Origin: Eledone cirrhosa
Taxonomy: Eukaryota
Assembly: GCA_964016885.1 (NCBI GenBank)
Contig: OZ024741.1
Coordinates: forward strand, 327,050,001-327,114,000
Length of the DNA stretch: 64,000 bases
Direction of reading: 5' to 3'
The position numbers and the translations under genes were made by a program. Shown piece after piece: positions 14,673 to 29,885 of this stretch. Numbering within the stretch: position 1 is the stretch's first letter; every line of letters begins with the position of its first letter. The notes beneath the pieces were generated by a model, which was given only the letters and a program-made list of their open reading frames with translations, made no database searches and was not told the DNA's origin.

Positions 14673-15417
14673 CATATATATATATATATCAATAATATTA
14701 ATAAATGGAAATTATCTCTGTAAAACCATATTTATTTTATTATATATATTTCAAGAGTACCAGTATTTTGCTACGTCAGAGAAAATATAATAATTGGTTT
14801 ACAGATAATGACATATCTACATATGAACTTAATGTTATGAGTTTAGAGAGAGAGAGGGGGCAGGGGCGCACATTAGTTGCTCCTGCAAAAGATTGAAGAG
14901 CCGATAGTGTCAAACGCTGTCCCGCTGAATCTGACAGATAATTACACTAAGAACACGTCTCTCTGAGCTGAGTAATGCCCAGTCACTTGCATGTTATTTT
15001 CAAGAACTGGCTTCTCTGTTGACTAAACTACTGAAACCATCCTCGTGGAAACCGACATGATACCACTATATCAAATTTATATCAGTTGAACAGGCCTTTA
15101 GCAAGAAATTATATTATATAAATGAATACTTATTTAGGCACATCATCTATAATTAAGCTGGAATTAAACATTACATTAATGGTGTAATTAATGTGAGCTA
15201 ATGTTTATGTATTGATTGATTGGGGGTTTGGTCGATCGATACTTAAGTATATGCTCCTTCCAACATACACATAGTGGATTAATCCGTTAGATTTAATGAA
15301 GTGATTACTAATGCCAACGTAAAGGTAATCTACTGGGAAATAACGCATAATATTTCTAAAGTTTCATATAGTTAGTAATAGCTTAATAATATCAGCTGCT
15401 GCATTTAAGGGGTTAAT

Positions 15418-15482
<65 letters not shown>

Positions 15483-15574
15483 AACATTGTCGAAGTAATC
15501 CATCATGTGAGAGTACCCATCTATCTACCTCTACATGTGTATATGTGCGTGAATGTGTGCGTGTGTGTATATTT

Positions 15575-15606
<32 letters not shown>

Positions 15607-15631
15607 GGATTTATATATGTATGTATGTATG

Positions 15632-15721
<90 letters not shown>

Positions 15722-16270
15722 CATATATATGTATGTATGCATGCATATATGTAAATATATTTATTTATATTTATATGCACATACACAAACACACGCACAC
15801 AAACATATATGTATGTATATATATATATATATATATATGTGTGTATTTATATATATATACATATTTAAATATATGCATACACACTCATATATATATATAT
15901 ATATATACACATACATACACATGTATGTATACCTAGCCTATTGATTAATATGGAAAGAATTTTTAAGTTTTACGGAGGAAATTTATCAAATGTTTGGTAA
16001 GTAGTTTCCCTAGTGTGTAAATATCGTTCCTTAAGCCAATTCTATAATATGGAAGATGATGGAGTGGGACAGATTTTGAGATTCGGTAAATGATAGGAGT
16101 GGGGAACAGAAGAGGATCGTAAATTAAGAAATTAACACGTAAGAATAATAAAATGATGGCTTTCTATCCCTACTAAATCATCCTTCGATTGCGATAATAT
16201 TTGGTTATCTAATATCCAGTGATTCTGCTACTGTGTAATCATTATTTCGCTCTTATTTAATTTCCATTAG

Positions 16271-16434
16271 AAACTCTAGATTCTGAAAGGTGTTATTTTA
16301 ATGATGCTATCTGTAATGGAAATGATTCTTGTGCTGAAACACGCGTGAGTCCAAAAGAAATGGATAACATTAATACTATTAGTAGATTCATGTCTTACCA
16401 TTCAATGGAGCCTTGGAACCACCCTGATGTTGTT
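16271..16434 (+). CDS. Candidate next exon of the same host gene (phase 1 to phase 0)
   Basis: TCTTATTTAATTTCCATTAG acceptor and GTT|GTATGT donor. Open frame (E)TLDSERCYFNDAICNGNDSCAETRVSPKEMDNINTISRFMSYHSMEPWNHPDVV joins in frame to exon 13652-13829. Confidence 0.5.
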
Positions 16435-16639
16435 GTATGTACAAAACAGTGAAGTTCGTCGTGTTCACAATCATTTTAAAGCAATTTGATACCCATTATT
16501 TTATAGGTTTGAACACAATGGATTGCTTCCAGTAGGAGCGATACGGTGAGACAGGGTGGGGGGAACTGAAGGGAGATAAGGAGCAAAGTAGAACTGAGAA
16601 AAATACAGTTGAGGAGATAAAGGAAGAGAATGGGGGAGA

Positions 16640-16815
<176 letters not shown>

Positions 16816-17548
16816 GAGATTAGTATTTAAATTTCGGATAAAAAGCGCCCTCGTGATGATATTATTAAAGCAGTGTAAAGAGAAACTGCTAGATGACACG
16901 GAAGAGGTATTCCCATGTCTTATGTTGTTCTAACAGCTGTGTGAGTAATTCAGTTTAAACATAATGAATAAAGAAATACTTCTGAAGTAATATTTCTATA
17001 TTTTTTGTTAAAATTAGTATTATAATATTTGAGCTATCTTGATATAGATATCTATTTAAAAGAACCGTATTCTCGAATGAATTATCTCTGTAATTTGTAG
17101 ATAATTATGTAATTAGTTTCAGGTAGATTGCAATGGAAATGCATACATAAGTTCTTAGAGACAAATATAAGAAATATATGTATTTATATTAAGATATATC
17201 TCTTCCTAATTAGGTTGGCATTTACGAATTTCATTTTCTTAAAATAATCGACAATACCGATAGATGTCAAATACACTAATACACTATGCTAAATAAATAG
17301 GACGAAAACGTATCACAGCAAGCTTCAAATGGATCTTCACCAACATCAACGATTTGTTTTTGAGTTTTTCGGTCAGTTGAAATGAATGCCTACTTAGCCG
17401 ATTATTCCACAGATGCGTGGTATACACTTAACTTAATTCTAAAAAAATTTTAGTGTGATACAAAGCGTAGCAAGGTTGGATATTTGAAATACATTTACAT
17501 TCCATTTGACCGGCTTCCAAGCATTCCTTGTCTATTAAATTTCACTTA

Positions 17549-20500
17549 TAGTCAAGTTCATAATGTAACGATTGGTACTTTCGTTCAGATTTCTTGGAGA
17601 TTAGCAAAACTATACATTTTCGAAAACTTTAGGAGATACTGAATCCCAAAACCAATGCCATTTTTTGCAAGGTGTCTGTGGTGGCCATCTTGGAATTTCA
17701 ATATGGTGACTACCGATAACCTTTTTCAACAGTATCTCAAATTCTAACCAACTGGGCTTCTAATTTTAGTGGCTAATTTAACATAATTACAATAATAATA
17801 ATGATAAAAATAATAATAATATTCAAATGCCATGTAATGACTTTATTAGTGTTTATAATTTTTCAGACCAATGAACAACGTGGACACAGCAACGTTACCA
17901 CGACTTGGTAGACAGCAACAAGAGACAATTGCCTGGAAACCGTATATTATGTGCCTACAAGATGCAGGCCAGTTTCTGTTACAACCAAAATTATATTCAT
18001 ATCATAGTTTGTTAGCTGCAGTGAAGGAGCGAGCATTTCTGCATGATGGCGAAAGTCAGCTGTGTTGTATTATCCTAAAGCCTGTGAGGTTAAAATGGTT
18101 CACTCTACCATCACTTCTGATGACACGGACAGCATGAAGAATCTCTATAGGACAGCACAGCTTGTTCGCCACAGCATTGAACATTTTACCAAAAGACAAC
18201 CGCCATAAAGTTCAATCCCAGTTTCCAGCAAAATAGAAGATGTGCCAGTGGAACTCTATACACTTATTCGCTCGATCATGGCAGGGCCTGCAAATGAACT
18301 GGAGACTGAAGTTCGAACACATGCTGTGGACAGATCTGCCCTTACAATGAGTCAAAATCTGATGTTTGGATTCAAGTCTAAGAGACAAGTCACATACAAG
18401 CCCAAAACTGAGCATGCTGGCTTTCGGTCGCAGCATGCTAGAGAACATCCCCAATTTGGGGGATTGGCGCTGAGCATCCATCAACAGATAAGAAATAAGA
18501 TGCTCGTTAATCTCGTCAACGCCCAAGATTACTGTGTTTCATACAGCCGTACGCTAATGATGGAAACAGCCGTTGCCAATGCGATAGTGGAGAACACCAA
18601 ACAGTTCCAAGAGCTTTATGTACCACCATTCCTCAAGAAAGGCACTTTTCTCTTCGCAGTAGACAATGCGGACTTTACTAAGGACACTCCAGATGGTAAA
18701 GGTACCACCCATGGCACTATCACTGCCGTATACCAGAAAGCTGATGCCCCTGGAGAACCAATTACCCCTAAATATTACTGATGCACAGAGTCTCTGTGAC
18801 CCCATATCATACCACTATAGTTCCTTGTGAAAAGTCAAAGCAGCAGACACCATCCGGAAAGAGGCTGATTCAGTTTGCCATTGACAAAGAAGGTGTGGAT
18901 AGTACCTACCAGCACACATATCAGGGATGGGTCGTTGCCTACGCTGTTTCCCGATTGAACGATGGAGACTCGAGTCGAATTCCAGGCTGGGCAGGCTATA
19001 AATCACTTTCGTCGACAAACCTACCCTTAACTAAGGTTGGAGCTCTACCTTTGCTTCCAGAAGTCGCGCATGAATGGCCAACATTGCTAATCGTTATGAT
19101 GCAAGCAAACAAATTAAAAGAGCTGGCAGTTGCTGACAAGTACCTCACTGTCATTTCCTTCGACATGGCACTCTACGAGAAAGCAGTACAGTTGGTTGAT
19201 GCTAGGCCGGATTTGAAGGGCAACGTGCTGCTAAGACTTGGTGAGTTTCATGTTGTCATGGATGCGTTGAGAGCTCTCAACGCATCCATGACAAGAGGTG
19301 GTTCAGAACAAAGGCACCAAGGCTGAGTCTGTGAAGCATGCAAATGCTCATCTGCAGCAAGTCTTAGCAGAGTATGATGTGATCAAGAAACTGCAAGACT
19401 GGGAAGCAGAGAAGTCTAAGACTGCCATGTTCAGATCATTGATGAACTATATGCATCGGGTAGAGACAGTTCTGTACTTTGTAGCGGCATCGTGGAATGC
19501 TGATCTGAATCTTCATCTTGAAGTTGGAGAAGCACTGAGCAAGCTGTTCTTCTCAAGGGACAGGTTAAAGTATATTAGACTCTGGCCACGTTACATAGCA
19601 GATATGCACGCATTGAAGACCAACCACCCCGACACATGGAGGTAACTTGAAGAGGGCAATATATCCATCACCAAGAATGCCATCCCGTTCGTATCCATTG
19701 GAGGTGACCACACATGTGAATATCTTAACAAATTCATTAAAGTTCAAGCTGGTCTCATTGGAATATCCAATAATCCAAATGCAAGGCAACGCTTTTTCAT
19801 GGCAGCGCCTGAAAGGCCCTGCCTTGCAAAGGAGTTTAAGGACCAATTCGGTGTTGGTGAAAGCCATGCCCTTGAGCATCATGACCTATCTCCAGTTGCA
19901 ATCAAGCGAGATCATGGAGCAGTACGCAAAATCAAGAGTGCTATATTAACTCACGGCAATCCATTTGCTGCTGATGGGGAAACTACAATTTCATAACTCA
20001 TGCATATATCCCAGATGAGTATGTAACGCAGATCTTGGAGATGTATGACACTAGACAAAAACTGTACAAGGAATATGTTGCTGAACATATCAATGGAAAC
20101 GTCAGCCTTTGGGCACCAGTGAAGAGACAAAACAACGAGATGTTCACATCTGGCAACAAGAGACATGCTGTAAAGGTTCGTGACAAAACCATTGACATGA
20201 AGGAAATCAAAGATTTGTATGGCAGACTTATGGTTCTTACCAGATTCGACCGAGATGTGAACCAGAAAGAAGCAATTAGCAATTACGAGTTCACCTTGAT
20301 GTCAAGAACACTCTTTGCCCCAAATGCGTCAGTGTTGCCATGCACTGACAAGTCCAAACTCCTTCATCTCCTTGGGCAGATAGCATCAGAGAAAACAGCA
20401 CAAGGCGATTAACTGCAAGATGAAGCCACTGAAAAGACAATCTCAATCACAACTGGAGGTTTGCGATGGTAGATGGAATGGTGCTTATTCAGAAGCTGAC

Positions 20501-22357
20501 TAAGAAACCAGCTACCATGGTTACAGTCTAAGCCAAAGTTTCTATGAAAGACTGATGAACCTCACGCAGAACTTTGACGAAATAATTCTCGTGTTTGACA
20601 CATATAAGACCGATTCCTTGAAGAATGCAACCAGGAAGAGACGCCAGGGGAAGGATCCAGTCCAGTATCAAGTCAGAGATGAGACGAGCATCAAGCACAT
20701 AACCATGAGCAGATTCCTGTCACATGAAAAGACGAAGGGTGATTTGACCAAGTACTTGGTAGAAAAGACTCTGTACTTCAGCAAATATTCCTCCAAGCTT
20801 GTCATCACTTCAGCATCTAGCCAAACCAGGAGCAACAAGGATGTGGAACCTTTCAGTGAAAACAACCACGAGGAAGCTGACACACTGATGATATGCCTTG
20901 CAGTAGCTTCAACAAGGCGAAACCCAAGAGATATGCAACGAACTTTCTTTCACCTGACACAGATGTCCTGGTTCTGGTAATTGCCAACTATGATTTAAAA
21001 CCTAGGCACACCTCCAGCTCCATGACATCAAGTGTTCTAAAGATCCAGCCATTCTGGGACGTTCTAGCTGCAGCGAAGGCGAAGGATTTATCTGCATTCC
21101 CTGCCTTCTCTGGCACCGATAATACGGGAAGGTTTGCTAGAGTAAGAAAGGCCACATGGTTCAAGATCTTCCTTGAAGCTGACGATAACACCATTGACGC
21201 TCTTAAAAAGCCGTCTGATGATACTGAAGTGACTGAAGAACTTCTGACCAGCTTGGAAAGTTGTGTGTGTGTTTCTACAGTCCAAAGGGAATCCAAATCA
21301 AAAGCATTCCAGAGTTGCGATGGTACCTGTTCTGTAAATACATGTCAGAGAGTGACAAGTTACTACCTACAGTTGGTGCCCTCAAGCAGCACATGATAAG
21401 GGTACATGTGCAAGCACTAGTTTGGAGCCAGGCAAGCACTCTCCAGCAAGTTCCGCTGGATCCAATGCAGAACGGCTACTACAAGGGAGATGATGGCCAA
21501 CTAAAGCCCACAAATACTGATGATCGTCAAGCACCTAAAGCCATCATTGAGATGGTGGGATGCAAGTGCAAGGGAGATTGTTCCTCACAAAGATGTTCCT
21601 GCAGGTCAAAGAATCTGCAGTGCACCGACCTTTGTCTGTGCACCACACAGTGTGAAAATGACGCGGAAAGAGTTTATGAAAACCTTGACTCAGGTAATAC
21701 TGATAGTGAGAGTGATGACTGATATCATGGTTATGAGTGATTCCGTTCTAAAAGTGGCAATAACAAAGTGTGCACAAATTTGTATTCCTGTCTGTTAAAA
21801 GTCATGACTGATTTTATCGTGAAATGGACAAAAGCAAAGTGTCCACAAATTAATTGTTTTATGTATTAAAATAAAGTGTACGTGAAGACAAATTTATTTT
21901 TATTTGTTTTATGTATTAAAATAAAGTGTAAGTGAAGACAAATGTATTTTTATTATGTTTGACTCGTGCTTCGATATCCTGATTATGAGTGCATCTAGAG
22001 AAGAAATATCATATCTGCATGTGGCGTTTGCAGTTTTGTCATTAAAATTGGTATTTTTATTTTAAAACTCTTTCTTCATGTTAAATGGGAGTGATTGTAG
22101 TCAATTTCTCTAGACTGGCCCCTTAAAATGTAAGTTTAGCCACTGAAAGTAAAAGGCTACATGGCTTGGAAGTGGATATATTGGTAAATTTAGATTTCAA
22201 ACGGTCGCCATATTGAAGCCCTGAGACGGCCATATTCGGAACCCTAAAAAAATGGCAACATTGATTTTTGTGCTCAATACATCCTAACGTTTCCAAAAAT
22301 GTATAGTTTAGTAAATCTCCAAATCATTTGAACGAAAATACACAAGGAACTGGACTA
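17549..22357 (+). mobile_element. Academ-superfamily DNA transposon (AcademX type), both ends present, decayed
   Basis: Termini TAGTCAAGTTC... and ...GAACTGGACTA. Long imperfect TIRs (TTCGTTCA.AT..TTGGAGATT..AAACTATACATTTT..GAAA, GGCCAT.TTG). 3-bp TSD TTA at 17546-17548 and 22358-22360. Internal transposase/XPG/Cys-rich coding remnants. Confidence 0.85.
17871..21722 (+). pseudogene. Academ transposase polyprotein (transposase + XPG/PIN-like nuclease + Cys8/CXC-like finger), frameshifted
   Basis: Collinear motifs across ORFs: DNADF..DTPDGKGTTHGT, IPGWAGY, FDMALYEKA, RLGEFH, GNPF, DKSKL, DGM, VFDTY..SLK, NHEEADT, SPDTDV, FSGTD..G.F....K..W, LPT..AL.QH..RV..Q..VW, CKCKGDCSSQRCSC....QCTDLC.C. 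Several stops and frameshifts. Confidence 0.85.
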
Positions 22358-23278
22358 TTATAACATCTCTGCCAAACTGAGAATATATTGAGTTCAGATT
22401 GAGGCACATGGTCAAAACTGAGGGTATAATGAAAAATGTGCTTTGCAGTGGATCCAAAAGACGAATCCTATTATTGTGAGTATACATCTTAAACATTCGG
22501 CCATACAGATAGCTAAGATGCTAATTAAATGCAATATAGTAGATGATTCAAAGTTAATCGTTGATATTTAACTTTCTTGACTAAAGACTCAGGGCAACAC
22601 TTAAAATAGAAAGCAATACATATATACAATAAGATAGAAAGCAATACATACATTGGCATATTCATCATTCTTAACACACACGCACACACACACAGACACA
22701 TACACACACACACATATATATATATATATCTAAGAAGTGTAAGTCAACAGGGTAAATTTAGCTTAGTTCATTCATATTCACTGCTATATATATTTTAGTG
22801 ATAGCCATTATTCAACAGCTATAACCTCAGCAGGCAGTAAGAACTTGAATAGCAAAAATAGGAAAACATGAGCTTGTAATAGATTTTACCTTGTTAATCC
22901 ATTGATATGCTTAGATCCAGAGTGTGGTGTTAGTCCTCTAAGCATATCAATAGATTAACGAAGCTAACTTGACTTACACTTCATGTTTTTACATTACTCC
23001 AGTGTAAACAGACCAACCTGCGCATTTCGATGAGTCCTCCAACCTGCATACTGCAGTGTCGGTAAGCAACCAACACATACTCAAAATTACATATATATAT
23101 ATATATATAAATATATATATATGTTGTTATACTTTGGGAGGGTCATGTTGCCAATAAGAAACACACGCACCAGTTGCTTTCACTTCAATTTATTATATAT
23201 TTATAAACTTATAAATTTATTAATTTCTGGTTGGTTGGTTGGTTGGTTGGTTCCACAACCAGATAGTTGTTTATATAT

Positions 23279-23323
23279 AGTCATAGTTCTTTCGTCACAC
23301 ACTCTGTGACCTCTTCAGTGACT
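23279..23323 (-). ncRNA. Minimal type I hammerhead in the Penelope-like 3' region
   Basis: AGTCA-CTGAAGA-gGTCACagagtgtGTGAC-GAAA-gaac-TA-TGACT. Stem I AGTCA/TGACT; stem III is minimal. Confidence 0.65.
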
Positions 23324-23522
23324 GGGGATTCCTTTCTTTGTTTCTGTGCCTCTCCTTTGTTCTGTCCTACGCCATTTTTTTCTGTGTGTGTGTTGTGTGC
23401 TCAGTCTGCGCATGCGCCACATCCGGGTGTCTGCGTGTGTTTATGTTCATTTATTTATTTGTTTATTTACATGTTAGTGGTTGGTTATTTGTTCTATGTG
23501 TGTGTGTGTTTTCATTTTGTCC

Positions 23523-23999
23523 TTAATTGTAAGTTGTGATGTTGCTGTTCCACTCATATTTTCTATTTAATTTTGGTTGTAATTCTTTTATGTTTATTGC
23601 CTCTGTAATTTGTCTAAACATTGCATCTTTTCTGTGTGTAGCTTCTATTTTTACTTCTATGTTCTCTAATTTACCCTTGTGTTCTATTTTAGCATGTTGG
23701 TAGAGTACACATGATTCTTTATTATCTTGAAGGTCTCGCCAGTGTTCATTTATCCGTTCCCCTACACTACGAGCTGTCTCACCTATGTACACTATATTTT
23801 TGTCTCTACATTGTCCTTCAGTACATCTTATGCTATACACTACATTTCTAGTTTTACAGTTAATATGGGGGCTTATTTTACAGGTTATACATTTCTCATC
23901 TATACATGAGGGTCTTTGAAAAGGGTATGTCTTGCTAATAAGTGTTTTTACGGAGGTACCTGGTCTTTCTACTATCTTAATATTGAGTTTATGTTTATT
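23523..23999 (-). pseudogene. Penelope-type GIY-YIG endonuclease C-terminal domain
   Basis: [22 protein letters not shown]....[16 protein letters not shown]...LYQH..H...[22 protein letters not shown]. The N-terminal YI run is a (TA)n artefact. Confidence 0.9.
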
Positions 24000-24605
<606 letters not shown>

Positions 24606-24667
24606 AGCGTCAGTCATACAAAAGTGAGTAACAAACGAAACGAAATTTAATTTCGTTTCGTTATTTG

Positions 24668-24710
<43 letters not shown>

Positions 24711-24713
24711 GTA

Positions 24714-24806
<93 letters not shown>

Positions 24807-24953
24807 TTTGAGTATATGTTGGTTGTATACCATCTCCTCAGTATGCAGATTGGAGCATTCGACGAAGTGCGCAGGTTGGTTTGATTACTCCGGAGTAATG
24901 TAAAATAAGAAATAAAAAATAACTCAAGTGTTTCAAATTTAGCTTCGTTTATT

Positions 24954-25008
24954 ACTGCTATATATATTTCGGTGACAGCCATCTTTGGCTGTGACCTCTT
25001 CAAGCAGT
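24954..25008 (-). ncRNA. Hammerhead HH-C, minus-arm copy (C3U)
   Basis: ACTGC-TTGAAGA-GGTcACAGCCA aaga TGGCTGTCACC-GAAA-TATATA-TA-GCAGT. Confidence 0.6.
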
Positions 25009-25214
25009 CCGAATTAGCGTGGTATAGACAAGTACATGTGTTGTGGAGGTGTATAACTTTGTCAATACTCTGATATGCCTAGTTCCTGAAATCATATATA
25101 TGATTCCAGTTCCTCAGTGAAATAACAACCCTACCAGGAACTGGGCATATCAGAGTATTGACAAAGTTATACACCTCAACAACATATGTACTTGTCTATA
25201 CCACGCTAATTCGG

Positions 25215-25269
25215 ATTGCCTGAAGAGGTGACAGCCAAAGATGGCTGTCACCGAAATTTATATAGCAGT
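25215..25269 (+). ncRNA. Type I hammerhead HH-C
   Basis: ATTGC-CTGAAGA-GGTGACAGCCA aaga TGGCTGTCACC-GAAA-TTTATA-TA-GCAGT. Canonical core with an 11-bp perfect stem II. Confidence 0.8.
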
Positions 25270-25320
25270 AATAAACGAAGCCAAATTTTAAACATTTGAC
25301 TTATTTATTTCATTTTATTT

Positions 25321-25382
<62 letters not shown>

Positions 25383-25384
<2 letters not shown>

Positions 25385-25599
25385 AGGAACGAGTAGGACC
25401 CCGACGGCTGAGATCAAGCCGTTTCGACGGCTAATTCAGGATTTAAAAACCCCCCAAAAATAACAGAATTAGCCGTCGAAACGGCTTGAGGTCAGCCGTC
25501 GGGGTCCTACTCGTTCCTATTACCCAGTCTACTAGCCTAAGTATTGAGTGCTTCGGTGCGTTATGGTCCACCTGGTTCCTTACCACATTTACTTCGTTA

Positions 25600-25600
<1 letters not shown>
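25383..25600. repeat. Short fold-back of the HH-D family 3' end
   Basis: TAGGAACGAGTAGGACCCCGACGGCTG..GCCGTTTCGACGGCTAATTC is mirrored at ~25466-25520. Homologous to 42548-42680. Confidence 0.85.
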
Positions 25601-25644
<44 letters not shown>

Positions 25645-26157
25645 AAAGATGAAATAAAAAATGCAACTGCAGTCGTATTTAAAAAATATATATATATATT
25701 TATTTGGTTTCTTTACCGGTTTCGCAGTTCTTCTGCTTTTCACATGTATATGTGTATATATACATATACATATCCATATATATATATATATATATATAAA
25801 TACATTATCGGAGGAAGCTAATAGCGATACACCGACCAAATCCCAACTCACTCAACAAACATTAGGAAATAAGTGAGTATATTCGTAATTAAACGGTTCG
25901 GGATGCTAACTAATTGTATTGTGTGGAAAATTGGGTGTATTATTTCATATGAGATATATCAATATATATATATATATATTTCGTTTCTGAATTTGTTTAG
26001 CAAGATTCTTTATCTGAAATCGTGTGGTGAAACCGATATTGTTATACTTTGGGAGGGTCATGTGCCTTTGGTGCGTGTGTTTCTTATTGGCAACATGACC
26101 CTCCCAAAGTATAACAATATATATATTTATATATATATGTATATATATATATATGTA

Positions 26158-26223
<66 letters not shown>

Positions 26224-26296
26224 TAGTGTATATAGTGAGTACAGTGAATCTTTTAAAATTTATTTTGAAACTTTTTCTTATTTGCTAAACCTTGAT

Positions 26297-26456
<160 letters not shown>

Positions 26457-26698
26457 TGTAATAAACAACATAAGGCAATTATTCCATTTACCAGTGGTTT
26501 CTTAAAAGCAAAAGATTTTGCTTTCAATCCTCAGAATGAAAAATTCCTGGTATGTTTATTGAATTTGGATTTTAAAAATCAGAAATGCAATTTATATGAA
26601 AGTGAGGCCGGAGAAAGAAGAAGGAAAGGAAAAATAAAATACAACCACACATGCAAACACACACACAAACACGCACACACACACACAAAAGCATAAAT

Positions 26699-26743
<45 letters not shown>

Positions 26744-27404
26744 CATACACTCATACATATACACACACATATATACACACATATATGTGTATATAAATAC
26801 ACACATACCCATACATATACACATACATACATACGCACATAAATATCAACACATCCATACATAAGCATACATATATACAACCACACACACATGTATACGC
26901 ACATACATACATATAGAAACATAAATATATATACATATTTATATATATATATATGTACACATACACAAACATAGCCATACACATACACAAACATAGCCAT
27001 ACACACATACATATACATACATACATACATGCACACAATCATACATATATACACACGTACATACATACACATACATAAATGCGTACATATACATGTACAA
27101 AATTAGAAAAATATACACACATGGAAATCAATATAAGAAAAAGTATATATAAAAAAATAAAATAATAATAAAGATTATTATAGAGTTGACAGCGATACAG
27201 GTAGATGAATAGACACGCGTGGTAATTAGTACACACAAATGCATGTATACATACGTACGAAATAGTAAATACATACACACACTCTCACACATAAATATAC
27301 ATATACAAATATACATATACAAATACATAAACACATACATACACATACACAAATACATGCACGCACACGCACACACACACGTATACAGTTATACACACAC
27401 ATAT

Positions 27405-27461
<57 letters not shown>

Positions 27462-28151
27462 TAAAAATACACACACACATACATACACACGCACATATAT
27501 ATGTATACATACACACACACATGCATTCATAGCTATACAATTATACACATACAAATACGTACATATCATAAACACGCACAACCAAATACAAACACACACA
27601 CACACACACATATATATTTATATATATATATATATATATACATACACACATACATGTGTGTGTGTGTAAAACTCAGTCTTAGATAATTCATATGAACCTT
27701 ACTTATACATATATATACACACACATATATATATATATATATACGTATATATATACATACATACACATAAATATACATACACATACACATAGGTATGTGA
27801 AGGGCAAGGCAAAAAGAATATACGGGGGGGGGAAGACCTATGAAAAGGTGAAATATAAGGGGAGATAAGGGAGAAAAAAATATATACAAGCGTACAGAAC
27901 GTAGATTCAGCAAAATAAAAAAAAAACCGTAGCAGAAGTAAAGAGCAGGAGACGAGTTCAAGGCGGTTGATTTATCATAGGAGTGTCAATCCAGTTACAG
28001 ATCAGATGCGATTTCAGATGAAGACAGCATCTGAAGATCTCAGTCTTTGAGTTAAGGCAAGTGGAAGTGGCTCTCAATATTAGCAAAATCCAATATTTTT
28101 CTGTGGTACACAAAGAACAATTCTTTGTGCCCCTTTGGTACTCCCTCGAAT

Positions 28152-28270
28152 GTATTGGATGTTTGATGCATTAAATTTAATTATTTTAGCTTATTGCGGC
28201 TCAGTGATTAAATAACACTGAGCCGCAATAAGCTAAAATAATTTAATTTAATGCATCAAACTTCCAATAC
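28152..28270. repeat. Hairpin with ~55-bp arms and a 9-nt loop
   Basis: GTATTGGA.GTTTGATGCATTAAAT..TTATTGCGGCTCAGTG attaaataa CACTGAGCCGCAATAAG..ATGCATCAAAC.TCCAATAC. Confidence 0.9.
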
Positions 28271-29122
28271 GGAATCATCGTTACTTATGTGATGGATGTA
28301 AAACTATTATTACTTTCCCTGAATGTGAAATTGTGGTGGATACGAAAACCATAACTTTCTTTTGCTTCTCCTTTTTATTTTTATTTTTCTGCGCACATAC
28401 CTTTTTTATATACAAAAAATATCTTACCACTACAACCACCATAATACGCTTACTTACCCGCTTAAAGTGCTTGTATCACATGTACCACCCTGCCACACAA
28501 TAATCATATAAAAATGAGACACACTTGCATGCCCCACGTGTAACTAACGCATGCACTAACTACTACATCTGACTAACAAACTATCCTCTTGCATTATCTG
28601 TGTTAACTGCCGAATGTATTTTAATGTTGTTGTAATTTTGTTTTAATTTTAATTTTTTAATTTGATTTTGAATTTGAATTGCTATACAGAAATAATATAG
28701 TATAATATATGTCACTCCACTGTACATCAATATATATATATATGTATCTGTATGTCTCTTGCGTTGGAAAGGAGGTCAATTATGTGTACAATCATTGAAA
28801 AATGCTCCGAAGACTCAGGGCCTAGGTTAGGATGAAACAATTGTAAGTGAATAAATGCTTTGAATATAGCTTTGATTCTTGTGAATTCTCTCTCTCTCTA
28901 TATATATATATATCTAGTGGTAGGATAGTGGGATGTTATATCCGTAATAGTAGAGCATTCAGTCTACGGGACGAGTGCGGAAGTAATTAATTCCACAACA
29001 GTTAATAAACCATTTTCTGTCCAAAAACATCCGCTTTTAGGCTTTAAACCATTCGTTTGAGTTAAATACCCGCTCGAAAATTCTTTATTAACTGGTGTGA
29101 AACTAGCCCCAGCGCCTTCCTC

Positions 29123-29244
<122 letters not shown>

Positions 29245-29885
29245 GATTCCGGATGTAAATCGAAAGATGACCACAGACAAAAAAGTTACTCAATACGTTA
29301 GTAAATTATAGGTATATATATTTTATTATAGGAATGATTTCCAAGCTGTTGGAGAAAAGGCAAAGCTAACCGCGGCGGGATTTGAACTCAAAACATAAAG
29401 GGCTGTAACTCTATGATGCAAAACAGTGTGTCCGACTTTCTACTCATACTGACAATCCGTTGCGTTATATATAATATTTTGTGCCGTGCTAATTTTACCT
29501 GAGAATTACGTTAACTTTACACGTGTCTGTAGAATACTCAGCGTTTTAAATGTTAAATCATTGTCTGTATTCTGTTGATCAAACGACTGAAAGTGACGAG
29601 GAACTAACCATCACATTCATAAAGCTATGTAGTAAATTATTTGTAAATGTTGACTCGTCCAGTATCATCTATCATAAAGGAAAGTACCATCTGTATCCCA
29701 TTCTCCCCCTATCTCTCTCTCTATCTCTCTTTCTCCTCTTTTCTCCTATCTCTGGAATAAATCGTCTCTGTTGAATTCTGGGGTGGAAATGGGCTCCACC
29801 ATGTTTAAAAACAAAAATTCCCTCGAAACTCCGTTTGACATTACGTTGCCATACACACATACGTGCATACATACATACATACATA

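Larger units (their letters stand above)
24901..25328. repeat. Diverged fold-back with one hammerhead in each arm (family HH-C)
   Basis: Arms ~190 bp, inverted about ~25110, with several substitutions between arms. Confidence 0.9.
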
